Origin: Candidatus Methylomirabilia bacterium
Lineage (GTDB): Bacteria; Methylomirabilota; Methylomirabilia; Rokubacteriales; CSP1-6
NCBI GenBank assembly: GCA_041492755.1
Contig: JBGPXN010000069.1
Coordinates: 1-21,768, forward strand
DNA length: 21,768 nt
Reading direction: 5' to 3'
In this document: positions 10,136 to 18,416 of the stretch, in pieces
Position numbering within the stretch: the stretch's first letter is position 1
How the letters are laid out: every line of letters starts with the position of its first letter
Program-made: the position numbers and the translations under genes
The notes under the pieces: model-generated
Databases searched by the model: none
The model's input: only the letters and a program-made list of their open reading frames with translations
What the model was told of the DNA's origin: nothing

Positions 10136-10629
10136 GCGCCGAGCAGTTCGGCGCCACCCTCGGCACGCGCGAGCGATGGTCGACCATCGCCGCCGTCGGC
10201 TTCACGATCGTGGGTCTGAGCGCGCTCGGCATCGTGATGACGGTGAGGACCGGCGAGCCGAGGTGGCTGTTCGTTCCGCTGCCGTTCGCCATCATCCTGT
10301 TCGGGGCGGGGCACTACGCGCCGAATGGGTATCGGCTGGCTCCCGATGGCGTGCACGTCGAGCGGAGGGCGGGCGCCAAGGTCATTCCGTACCGGCGGAT
10401 CCGCACGGTTGACCGCGAGCCGCGGCCCTGGCAGGGAATGAGCGTGACCGCGTCGAAGGGGATCTTCGGCCGATTCGGCCGCTTCTGGAACTCCAGCGTC
10501 GGCTCTTACACCCTCTACCTGACCAACACCGACGGTGTCGTCTGGCTGTCGACCGACGGCGGCTTGATCGGCCTCTCGCCCGATCGCCCTGACGAGTTCG
10601 TGGAGCGTCTCCGCCGGCGCCTGGGCTAG
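10132..10629 (+). CDS. Membrane protein with bacterial PH domain
   Basis: Two N-terminal hydrophobic segments, then GY.L....[27 protein letters not shown]. The start is uncertain: in-frame CTG 10132 overlapping the ndk stop, or GTG 10210. Confidence 0.7.
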   Translation: MSAEQFGATLGTRERWSTIAAVGFTIVGLSALGIVMTVRTGEPRWLFVPLPFAIILFGAGHYAPNGYRLAPDGVHVERRAGAKVIPYRRIRTVDREPRPWQGMSVTASKGIFGRFGRFWNSSVGSYTLYLTNTDGVVWLSTDGGLIGLSPDRPDEFVERLRRRLG

Positions 10630-10637
10630 TCGACCGC

Positions 10638-10693
10638 CCATAAAAACCGGCCATAAAAACCGTGGGCGCGCCCGACCTCCGGGCGCGCCCACG
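10638..10693 (-). terminator. Intrinsic terminator after tal, possibly bidirectional, with a duplicated U-tract
   Basis: Perfect 14-bp stem 10661-10674/10680-10693 with a 5-nt loop; on the minus strand followed by GTTTTTATGG twice (direct repeat CCATAAAAACCG at 10638 and 10651); lies between convergent genes. Confidence 0.8.
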
Positions 10694-10771
10694 TACCGCC
10701 CCGTGACCTTCCCGGGGGCCGTCGGTCAGCTTCTGGCCCGACGAGACCCCCGAGACACCGCGGGTCCTATC

Positions 10772-11938
10772 TCATAGGTGGTGAGCACCACCCAGGCCGG
10801 CCGCCAGCTCCTCGACCGTGATGCTGCCGTCGTGGTTGGTGTCCAGCACCTCGAAGACGGCGGCGGCGCCGGCCCACTCCTCACGGGTGATGTGACCATC
10901 ACCGTCCAGGTCGTAGGCCTTGAAGAACGAGCGCGCGGCGTCTCCCACGACGACCCGGTTGTGCATCGCGTGGTAGCGCTCGGTCAGCAGCTTCTCCAGG
11001 GCCTCGATGGCCTTCGAGAATCCGACGATGCCCTCGTCGAGCTTCTCCTTGGCCATAAGATCCTTGGCGTGCATCGCCCGGAAGATCTGCTCGTCCATCT
11101 TGATCCGCTCGATGGGCATGGTCTTGGCCTTGACCGGATCGAGCTTGCGCACGAGCGTCGCGGTGGCGCTCCTGAGCTCGTCGAGCAGCTTGGGCGCGAT
11201 CGTGAGCAGATCCGAGCCGGCCAGCTCGACGATCTCGTCGCTGTTGCGGAAGCTCGCCCCCATGACCTCGGTCTTGTGCCCGAACTTCTTGTAGTAGTTG
11301 TAGATCTTGGTGACGGACACGACGCCCGGATCCTCGGCCGGCGGGTAGCTGTCGCGCTTCTCGGCCTTCTTGTGCCAGTCGAGAATGCGCCCCACGAAGG
11401 GGGAGATCAGCGTGACGTTGGCCTCGGCGCAGGCCACGGCCTGATGCATGCCGAACAGCAGGGTCAGGTTGCAGTGAGTGCCTTCCTTTTCGAGCACTTC
11501 CGCGGCCTTGATGCCCTCCCAGGTCGAGGCGATCTTGATGAGCACCCGCTCGGGGCCGATGCCCGCCGCCTTGTACTGGCCGATGAGGTACCGCCCCTTC
11601 TCGATGGAGGCCTGGGTGTTGTAGGACAGTCGCGCGTCGACCTCGGTCGAGACGCGCCCAGGCACCACCTTCAGGATGCGCAGACCGAACTCGACGGCGA
11701 GGCGGTCCAGGGCGAGCTTGACCACCTTGTCCTCGGTCGCGTTGGGACCGGCTTCGCGCTCCGCCCACCGCAGGCCTTCGGTGACGACGTCCGCATACTC
11801 CTTCATCTGGGCGGCCGCCGTGATCAGCGACGGATTCGTCGTCGCATCACGCGGCTTGAACTTTTCGATCGAGTGGATGTCGCCGGTGTCGGCGACCGTG
11901 ACCGTCATCTTGTTGAGCTGTTCGAGCACACTGGCCAT
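10772..11938 (-). CDS. tal: Transaldolase with C-terminal EF-hand pair
   Basis: [37 protein letters not shown] (Schiff-base Lys), [16 protein letters not shown]-terminal loops [12 protein letters not shown] and [15 protein letters not shown] 11938 after GGGAGG. Confidence 0.95.
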   Translation of the reverse strand: MASVLEQLNKMTVTVADTGDIHSIEKFKPRDATTNPSLITAAAQMKEYADVVTEGLRWAEREAGPNATEDKVVKLALDRLAVEFGLRILKVVPGRVSTEVDARLSYNTQASIEKGRYLIGQYKAAGIGPERVLIKIASTWEGIKAAEVLEKEGTHCNLTLLFGMHQAVACAEANVTLISPFVGRILDWHKKAEKRDSYPPAEDPGVVSVTKIYNYYKKFGHKTEVMGASFRNSDEIVELAGSDLLTIAPKLLDELRSATATLVRKLDPVKAKTMPIERIKMDEQIFRAMHAKDLMAKEKLDEGIVGFSKAIEALEKLLTERYHAMHNRVVVGDAARSFFKAYDLDGDGHITREEWAGAAAVFEVLDTNHDGSITVEELAAGLGGAHHL

Positions 11939-12320
11939 GCTGTCCTCCCGCGTCAATTCGTGGGTGTTCGTACCGGCCTTGATCGGCTATCATCGCCCGA
12001 TTCGCCGTCCCCGGGCAAGTTCCTGTGCAGGCGCCGAAAATTCGGCACCAGGCGCGGGTTTTCGCAGCCGGGGCGGCACGACGGAGACGCCGTCGCGATC
12101 GCAGACCGACGGGTGGCGGCCGCCTGTGCAAGCGCGCTTCATACTCGATGAACCTACCACGCACGCTGTGGAGCGGACTCCACAGGGTGGCCGCGGAATA
12201 GCCCGAAAAGCACGTCGCATTGCGCATCCGAAATGTGGCCCGCGGGTTGCTTCCAGACCTCCTCGCTATTTCTTTCTGGTGGTGTTTGGCTTTGCCATTG
12301 ATCGGTGAGCACATTGAAGA

Positions 12321-12380
12321 CGAACGGCTACGGCACACGGCTCTGGCTCATTTCATTACCGTGTGCCGTCTCGCCGTTCG
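12321..12380 (-). terminator. Long hairpin downstream of the first MmgE/PrpD gene (candidate terminator)
   Basis: 8-bp (12321-12328/12373-12380) plus 11-bp (12330-12340/12359-12369) stems, 18-nt loop; followed by TCTTC on the minus strand, a weak U-tract. Confidence 0.4.
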
Positions 12381-12440
12381 CCGGGGCGGATGGCGATTCC
12401 GTCCCGCGCCCAGGACGACAGGGGTCGGTCGAGAGCGTCG

Positions 12441-13814
12441 TCATGCGTCGGTCACCCGCTTGCGCGTGAAGACGTCGACGATCGGACCGATGCGATCCGC
12501 GTCCTCCAGCCGCCAGAGCGCCCCCAGCGCGGCGTCGATCTGATCGGAGGCGAGGACGCCGGACGACAGGTCGCGAAACTTCTTCTCCACGTCGGCGTCG
12601 GTCATCGGGTTTCTGGCGTGGCCCTTCGGATACTCGGCCCGCTCGATCAGACGCTGACCTGATCGCGTGACCACCTGGATCTGCGAGAGCAGCTCTTGGG
12701 GGAAGCGACCGGTGAACTCCGGGTTCTCCGAGACGCGGATGCGGTTCATCAGCGGTCGGAGGCGCGGATCGAGATAGCGGTGGGGCTCGAAGCTGGCGGG
12801 GGTGATGCGACCGTCCTCGAGCGCGACCGCGAGCATGTACGGGAGACTGTGGTCGGCCGTCTCCCGCGTCCGAGGATCCCACTTGGCGGGCTCGCTCCCG
12901 ATCTCGCTGTAGGCCATTGCGTAGATCTGCACGTCGATGGCCTCGATCTCTTCGACCTTCACCTTCGCGCGCAGACCGAGGGCGAGGGCCAGCGGCGCCT
13001 GGGCGTGGTACTCCGCGGCGAAGAACTTGAAGTTCGTGCGCTCGATGGCAAAGGGACGGCCGTGTCCACCGAGCGCATCGAGCTCGAAAGGCCCGGTGGC
13101 CTGCTCCCAGAGGCCGTGGCGCCCCTCGAAGGCCTCCGTGGGCCCGGTCATGCCTTCCCGGGCGAGCTGAGCGGCGAAGAGCCCGGCCTTGGCGGCCACC
13201 GCCGTCGCGCAGCCCTTCCACATCGACAGCTCTCCGGCGCGAGTCTGGCGCGTGGCCACGTTCGCCGTGGCCGCGATCGCGAGGGCGTCACCCATCTGCT
13301 CGGCCGACAGGCCGAGCAGGAGCCCGGCGCCGGCCGCCGAGGCGGGCGCGATGAAGACCGCCTGGTCCCAGCCGCGGTCGCGCAACGACACCTGGTCGGC
13401 GAGCGCTCCGAAGACCTCGTACCCCGCGACCGTCGCCAGGAGGAGCTGCCGGCCCGACGCGTCTTGCGCCTCGGCCGCGGCCAGGAGGGCGCCGAGCATG
13501 TCGCTGGGATGACCGGAGCCGCGCGCGATATACGTGTCGTTGGCGTCCAGAAAGCGGATCATCGCGGAGGTGGCGAACGCCGCCGCTTCGGGGGTGGTCG
13601 GCCGGCCCTCGCCCAGGAGCCGCGCCGTTGGCCCGCCGCTCGTGGTCGGAGCGACGCGGCGAGCGATGACGGCCGGCTCGCTGCCATAGCCACCCATGGC
13701 GCAGCCGAGCGAGTCGATGAGGTGGCGCTTGGCCTCGTGGACCGTGCCCGGGCTGAGGTCCTCGGAGCGCAGCGACGTGACGTAACGAGCGAGCGCTTCG
13801 GTCGTCTTGTCCAT
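12441..13814 (-). CDS. prpD: MmgE/PrpD family protein, 2-methylcitrate dehydratase-like
   Basis: LIDSLGCA, RFLDANDTY...GHPSD, GELSMWKG, GMTGP..AFEG, RETADHSLPY, YPKGH..NPM. Substrate not provable from sequence. Confidence 0.85.
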   Translation of the reverse strand: MDKTTEALARYVTSLRSEDLSPGTVHEAKRHLIDSLGCAMGGYGSEPAVIARRVAPTTSGGPTARLLGEGRPTTPEAAAFATSAMIRFLDANDTYIARGSGHPSDMLGALLAAAEAQDASGRQLLLATVAGYEVFGALADQVSLRDRGWDQAVFIAPASAAGAGLLLGLSAEQMGDALAIAATANVATRQTRAGELSMWKGCATAVAAKAGLFAAQLAREGMTGPTEAFEGRHGLWEQATGPFELDALGGHGRPFAIERTNFKFFAAEYHAQAPLALALGLRAKVKVEEIEAIDVQIYAMAYSEIGSEPAKWDPRTRETADHSLPYMLAVALEDGRITPASFEPHRYLDPRLRPLMNRIRVSENPEFTGRFPQELLSQIQVVTRSGQRLIERAEYPKGHARNPMTDADVEKKFRDLSSGVLASDQIDAALGALWRLEDADRIGPIVDVFTRKRVTDA

Positions 13815-13835
13815 GGGCGGTGACCTGGGCCTCGC

Positions 13836-14678
13836 TCAGGCCGCCGCGCCCGAGCGGAGGGCCGATTCCGGCGTGCCGTCCTTCCAGGGCAGGGCGACCT
13901 CGCACGGACGGAGCAGGCAGTCGTCGGGCAGGCACTCGATCGGCGTGAAGTCGCGGTGGGCGATGTACGCGGGCCGCTTGAAGCGACGAATGTGGTTCGA
14001 CACCGCGCACAGGCTCAGGTACACGCTCACCCGGTTCCAGGGCGAGAGGTTCGCGGTCGAGGCGTGGACCAGGCACGAGTGGAACATGATCATCGAGCCC
14101 GCCGGCCCCTTGGGCGCCACCAGGCCGCCGCGCGCCACGAGCTTCGTGATCGTCGCGTGGTCGATCGTCCACAGCGGATAGCTGGTCGTGGTGGTGTCGT
14201 GCCCGGCCTCGAGCACGCCGAGCGTGTGGCTGCCCGGGATGAACATGAGCGGCCCGTTGAACTCGTTCACCTCGTCCAGGAAGATCGCGACGTTCATGGC
14301 GCGTGCCTCGGGCATCTGGTCGTCGTTGAGCCATGTGCCGAAGTCCTGGTGCCACTGCCAGAGGTCGCCGTCGAAGGCCATCTTGCCGTTGATCTTGAAC
14401 TGGTGCATGTACACCGGCTCGCCGAAGACCTGGACCACGGGCTCGATCATCCGCGGGTGACGGGCGAGCCGCGCGAAGGGGGCGCTGTACATGTGCGCGG
14501 CGAAGTTCGTCCGCACGACGTCGCCCGTTCTCTCGCGCACGTTCTCGGGCCGGCGCTGGGCACAGAGGGCTGGCACTTCGTCCGTGAGGACCTCGATCTC
14601 CTGGGGCGTGAACACGCTCGGAAAGAAGAGGTACCCGTCGCGGTCGAACTGCTCCAGCTGTGCCGACGTGAGCTTCAT
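13836..14678 (-). CDS. PhyH-family 2OG-Fe(II) dioxygenase (EctD/proline hydroxylase-like)
   Basis: LT..QLEQFDRDGY, HQFKIN.K, WHQD (HxD), GPLMFIPGSH, HSCLVHAS, distal Arg; ATG 14678 after AGGAGG. Confidence 0.9.
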   Translation of the reverse strand: MKLTSAQLEQFDRDGYLFFPSVFTPQEIEVLTDEVPALCAQRRPENVRERTGDVVRTNFAAHMYSAPFARLARHPRMIEPVVQVFGEPVYMHQFKINGKMAFDGDLWQWHQDFGTWLNDDQMPEARAMNVAIFLDEVNEFNGPLMFIPGSHTLGVLEAGHDTTTTSYPLWTIDHATITKLVARGGLVAPKGPAGSMIMFHSCLVHASTANLSPWNRVSVYLSLCAVSNHIRRFKRPAYIAHRDFTPIECLPDDCLLRPCEVALPWKDGTPESALRSGAAA

Positions 14679-14716
14679 GCCGTGCCCCTCCTGCTCGCTC
14701 GCCCTGCTGACCAGCT

Positions 14717-14741
14717 CAACTTCCACGGTCCGTGGAAGTTG
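14717..14741. promoter_or_regulatory. Perfect 25-bp palindrome (candidate operator or leader hairpin)
   Basis: CAACTTCCACGG-T-CCGTGGAAGTTG, between a minus-strand TATAAT and the PhyH start. Confidence 0.55.
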
Positions 14742-14774
14742 GGCCAGATCGCGCGGGAATCACCGCGCGCGGTC

Positions 14775-14780
14775 ATTATA
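14775..14780 (-). promoter_or_regulatory. -10 box for the phyH-prpD unit
   Basis: Perfect TATAAT on the minus strand (plus strand ATTATA) in very GC-rich DNA; the -35 is poor (ATGGCC). Confidence 0.5.
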
Positions 14781-14905
14781 GACGCCATCGGGACACGGGC
14801 CATCGGGCGGAGAGGCGCCGGCGGGCGGCGACAAAGCCCGGCGCCATCAGCCACGCCGGGCGATTTACAGTGTTGCGACATGAGCGGTGAGGCAGGAGGG
14901 ACGAG

Positions 14906-15535
14906 ATGAGCGCACGGCGTTCGGCGGCGCCGGAACCACCGGCGCTGCCCAAGGATGTCGACCCGGGGTCATTGTCCCGCCTCCCCCTCGTCAAGCGCGA
15001 GGAGATGGATGAGCAGGGAAAGCGGTTCTACGACGCGGTGGTCAGCCCGCAGAGCCGGACGCTGGCCGGCTTGCGGGGGCCGAGCGGGATCTGGTTGCAC
15101 AGCCCGAGACTGGCCGAGCACGTCCGCGCGGCGAATCAGTATCTTCGCTACGAAACCGGCCTGGACCGGCGCCTCACGGAGCTGGCCATTCTGGTCACGG
15201 CGCGGGAGATCGACAACCAGTTCGAGTGGACCGCGCACGAGCCGGCCGCGCTGAGCGAAGGCCTCGAGGCCAGGATCATCGACATCGTGAAGCATCGCAA
15301 GCCGGTGTCGCGATTGGCGACGAAAGAGGCGCTGATCATCCGCTTTGGTCGTGAAGTATTCCGCAAAAGGAAAGTCAGCTCCGACACGTTCGCCCGGGCC
15401 GTTGCGACCTTCGGGCAAGAAGGGGTGGTGAACCTGGCCGCCCTCATGGGGAACTACGCCATGACGGCCGTCATCCTCGATGCCGTCGATCAGCAGCCGC
15501 ATCCAGATCAGCAGCCGTTGTTGCCGATGGCCTGA
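14906..15535 (+). CDS. Carboxymuconolactone decarboxylase/AhpD-like protein
   Basis: SRLP, GP..IWLHSP, TELAILVTARE.D.QFEWTAH, G..GVV.L..LMG.Y; no CxxC; AGGAGG RBS. Confidence 0.85.
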   Translation: MSARRSAAPEPPALPKDVDPGSLSRLPLVKREEMDEQGKRFYDAVVSPQSRTLAGLRGPSGIWLHSPRLAEHVRAANQYLRYETGLDRRLTELAILVTAREIDNQFEWTAHEPAALSEGLEARIIDIVKHRKPVSRLATKEALIIRFGREVFRKRKVSSDTFARAVATFGQEGVVNLAALMGNYAMTAVILDAVDQQPHPDQQPLLPMA

Positions 15536-15558
15536 ACCGACGCCCCCAGGAGAACCGC

Positions 15559-17750
15559 ATGACGGACCGGCCCGCGCTCCAGCGATCCCGCCGCCGTGGG
15601 ATGCTGCCGCTCCTGCTGCTCCTCGCGACCGCCTGCACGCACCAGGGCCGGCCCGACGGAGCCGGCGCCGACAGCTACGAGGTCACCATCCGCCGCGACG
15701 GCCACGGCGTCCCGCACATCGTCGCCGCGGACTTCGGCAGCCTCGGCTACGGCGAGGGGTACGCCTTCGCCCAGGACCACGCGTGCACGCTGGCCGATCT
15801 GGTCGTCCGGGCCCGCGGCGAGCGCGCCCGCTACTTCGGGCGTGGCGAGCGGGACGCGCACCTCAACAGCGACGTCGCCAACCGCGCGCTCGACGCCATG
15901 GACGGCGCCCGACGCGTGTTCGAGAGCGCGCCGGCGGAGATGCGGGCGTGGATCGGTGGCTATGCGGCCGGCTACAACCGCTATCTCGCGGACACCCCGG
16001 TCGAGCGGATCCCGGGCTGGTGCCGGGGGCAGCCCTGGGTGCGGTCGATCACCGCGGTCGAGGTGGTCGCCCGGGGGGCTGGCCCGCCGTTCGTCACCGA
16101 GATCGCCACCGCGGCGCCGCCCGGCGCCACACCGCGTGGGGCGACGACGGCACCGCCCGTCGCCGAGGCCGCGGAGAGCGAGCCCGTGACGACCGCCAGC
16201 AACGCCTGGGCGCTCGGTGCCGAGCGCTCGGCCGGCGGGCGCGGGATGCTCCTGGCTAATCCCCGCTGGTTCTGGACGTGCGGCAACCGGACGGGTCGTT
16301 GACCACGGTCACGCGGACCGTCTATTTCACCCACTACGGGCCGGTCCTCAACCTGCCGGGCGTGGGCTGGACCGAACAGCGTGCCGTGGCCTACCGCGAC
16401 GTCTACGCCGCGAACCTCCGCCCGTACACGCTCCACCTGGCCCTGGGGCGGGCACGGAGCCTCGACGCCTTCAAGCAGGCGCACGCCGAGCACGGCGGAC
16501 CGTCCGCGGTGAACACGATCGCCGCCAGCGACGACGGGCGGGCCTGGTACGCCGACGCGTCGGCGGCGCCCGACCTCGCCCCGGACGTGATCGCCGATTG
16601 GCTGGGGCGGCTTCAGACCGACGCGGCCAGCCGCGCGGCCGACGCGCGCGGCGCGATCCTTCTCGACGGAAGCAGGTCGCGTTCCGAGTGGTCGCGCGAG
16701 CCCGACCCGCGCGGCCCCGGGCTCGTGCCGTTCGCCCGAGCACCCCAGCTCGAGCGCCGCGACTACGTCTTCAACGCGAACGACAGCGCCTGGATGCCGC
16801 ACGCCACCGCGCGTCTCGCCGGCTTCTCGGCGGTTCTCGGGCGCGAGCGGACGGCCCGCTCTCTGCGCACACGGATGAACGCCCGGCTGCTGGCCGACAC
16901 GAGCCCTACCGGACCGGCGGGTGCCGACGGAAAGTTCTCCCTTGACGAGCTGGCCGAGGTCGCCTTCGACAACCGCGGCCTGGCCAGCGAGCTGCTGCGC
17001 CGGCCGTTGGTGGAACGCTGCACGGCGCGATCCCAGGTGCGCGTCGAGGACGTCACCGTCGATCTCGCCCCGGCGTGCCGCGCGCTGGCGGGGTGGGGCG
17101 GGCGGCTCAACCTGGATAGCCGGGGCGCCGTGCTCTGGCGCGAGTTCATCACGCGGTTCGAGCCGCGCGACCAGTTCCGAGCCGGGCCGCTGTTTGCCGA
17201 AGATTTCGATCCCGAGCGTCCGGTCGACACCCCGCGGGGGCTGGCCCCGGCACGAGGCGAACGCGATCAGATCCTCGAGGCGCTGGCCCAGGCCGTCCGT
17301 GTGATGGAGCGCGCCGGCCTGCCGGTCGACGTCCCGCTGGGACAGGTCCAGCGCGCCAACCGCGGCGGCCGAAAGGTGGCCGTCCACGGCGGCCACGGCT
17401 TCTGGGAAGGCGTTCCGAACTTCGTCAACTTCCGCCCGCACGCGACGACCCTCGAGCCCGAGCCGCCGGCGGGGCGGCTCGTGGCCGGCAGCCGCCTGCT
17501 CACCAGCGAGGGCTATCCGATCACCGGCGGAACGAGCTTCATCATGGTGCTGGAGTTCACCGATCGCGGCCCGCGGGCCCGCGCGCTGCTCGTGTCGGGC
17601 CAGACCGGCGATCCGGAAGCGCCGCGGTTCTGGGAGCAAACCGAGCTCTTTGCCGCGAAGCGATGGAGGGACGTCCGGTTCACCGAGCAAGAAATCCGGG
17701 TCGACCCGGGTCTCACCGTCACCACGCTGCGCGGTCCGCGGACGCGATAG
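15559..17750 (+). pseudogene. Penicillin acylase/AHL acylase (PvdQ-like Ntn hydrolase), disrupted by an internal deletion plus frameshift near 16265
   Basis: Lipobox LATAC; IRRD.HGVPHI, GYGEGYAFAQD; beta-chain start SNAWALG...LLANP; the frame then switches to V.DVRQPDG...THYGPV, NTIAA, NANDS, RSLRTR, GTSFIM, GQT.DP. About 100 codons expected after ANP are absent (estimate from family knowledge). Confidence 0.8.
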
Positions 17751-17792
17751 CCCGCGCCGCGCGGTACTGCGTGCCGGTCGGCGGACGGGTGT

Positions 17793-17864
17793 CGAGGAGT
17801 GCCCCGGCTTTGCCGGGGCGCTACCGAGCGTCGGGGGGCGTGGGGGCCATTTCAGGGCCCCCAC
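17793..17864. repeat. Double-hairpin palindromic intergenic element (REP/MITE-like)
   Basis: GCCCCGGC-TTT-GCCGGGGC (17801-17819) and GTGGGGGCC-ATTTCAG-GGCCCCCAC (17840-17864), separated by a G-run; sits between convergent stops. Only one copy in the window, so repeat status is inferred. Confidence 0.5.
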
Positions 17865-17951
17865 TCAAGTACCCGCGCGGCCGCGGCGCAGCGCGCGCCT
17901 GGCCAGCACCCCGGTGCGCTTGCCCGCGTCGATCACGATCTGGCCGTTGAC
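17865..17951 (-). pseudogene. 3' remnant of an N-acyl-D-amino-acid deacylase-like amidohydrolase
   Basis: Minus strand reads VNGQIVIDAGKRTGVLARRALRRGRAGT*, matching the VNG..V...G..TG..(P)G..LR C-terminus of D-aminoacylases; not in the ORF track; no upstream homology apparent. Confidence 0.6.
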
Positions 17952-18067
17952 GCCCGACGCGGAGATCGCCCGCCGTGTCGCGGGTGTCAACGACAGGCCA
18001 AGACGCACTACAATGCGCGCGGTGCTGCGCCACATCCGTTGGCGCGCGCACTGGAGAGGATGCGGTC

Positions 18068-18414
18068 ATGACCGAGCCCGCGATTCCCGTCATCGACATC
18101 GGGCCGTACCGGGCTGGCGATCCCGCCGGCACGAAGCGCGGTGTCGAGGCCGTGGGGGCATGATGGGACGCTGGACGAACGATCGGTGGAAGTCCACCGT
18201 CCATCGCGTCGTCAACCCGCCACGCGAGCAGGCCAGGGGCCGCCGCCGGCAGACGGTTGGATTCTTCCTCCACCCCAACTACGACGCCAGGGTGGCGTGC
18301 CTGCCGACCTGCACCGACGCAGACCACCCGCCGCGCTACGCGCCGATCCTGGCCGGCGAGCACATTCTGGCCAAGCTCGAGCGTCGCGAGACGCGGCGCG
18401 CGCCGTCCGTCTGA
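18068..18414 (+). pseudogene. IPNS-family 2OG-Fe(II) oxygenase with most of the gene deleted
   Basis: GGAGAGGA RBS, then MTEPAIPVIDIGPY (DIOX_N start, 18068-18163) joined out of frame to MMGRWTNDRWKSTVHRVVNPP...RQTVGFFLHPNYDA..ACLPTC (18160-18414); the HxD region is missing. Confidence 0.85.
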
Positions 18415-18416
18415 GC

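Noticed and set aside
10638..10662. CRISPR-like repeat
   Set aside because: Only two 12-bp copies with a 1-nt spacer, and no cas genes.
12166..12300. DnaA boxes/oriC or a c-di-GMP riboswitch in the long intergenic gap
   Set aside because: The TCCACA cores mismatch TTWTNCACA at several positions and are not clustered; GCAAAGCC occurs without the rest of the riboswitch architecture.
12220..12543. ORF containing RLRHTALAHF, resembling the tyrosine recombinase HxLRHT motif
   Set aside because: No first His, no downstream LGH or catalytic Tyr motif, and the stretch is explained by a hairpin arm.
13836..14678. Ectoine hydroxylase ectD
   Set aside because: The EctD signature FxWHSDFETWHxEDG is replaced by WQWHQDFGTWLNDDQ, and there is no ectABC nearby.
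16255..16302. Programmed frameshift or naturally split alpha/beta acylase genes
   Set aside because: No slippery heptamer, the break is inside the beta chain, and essential sequence appears to be missing, so frameshifting would not restore the enzyme.
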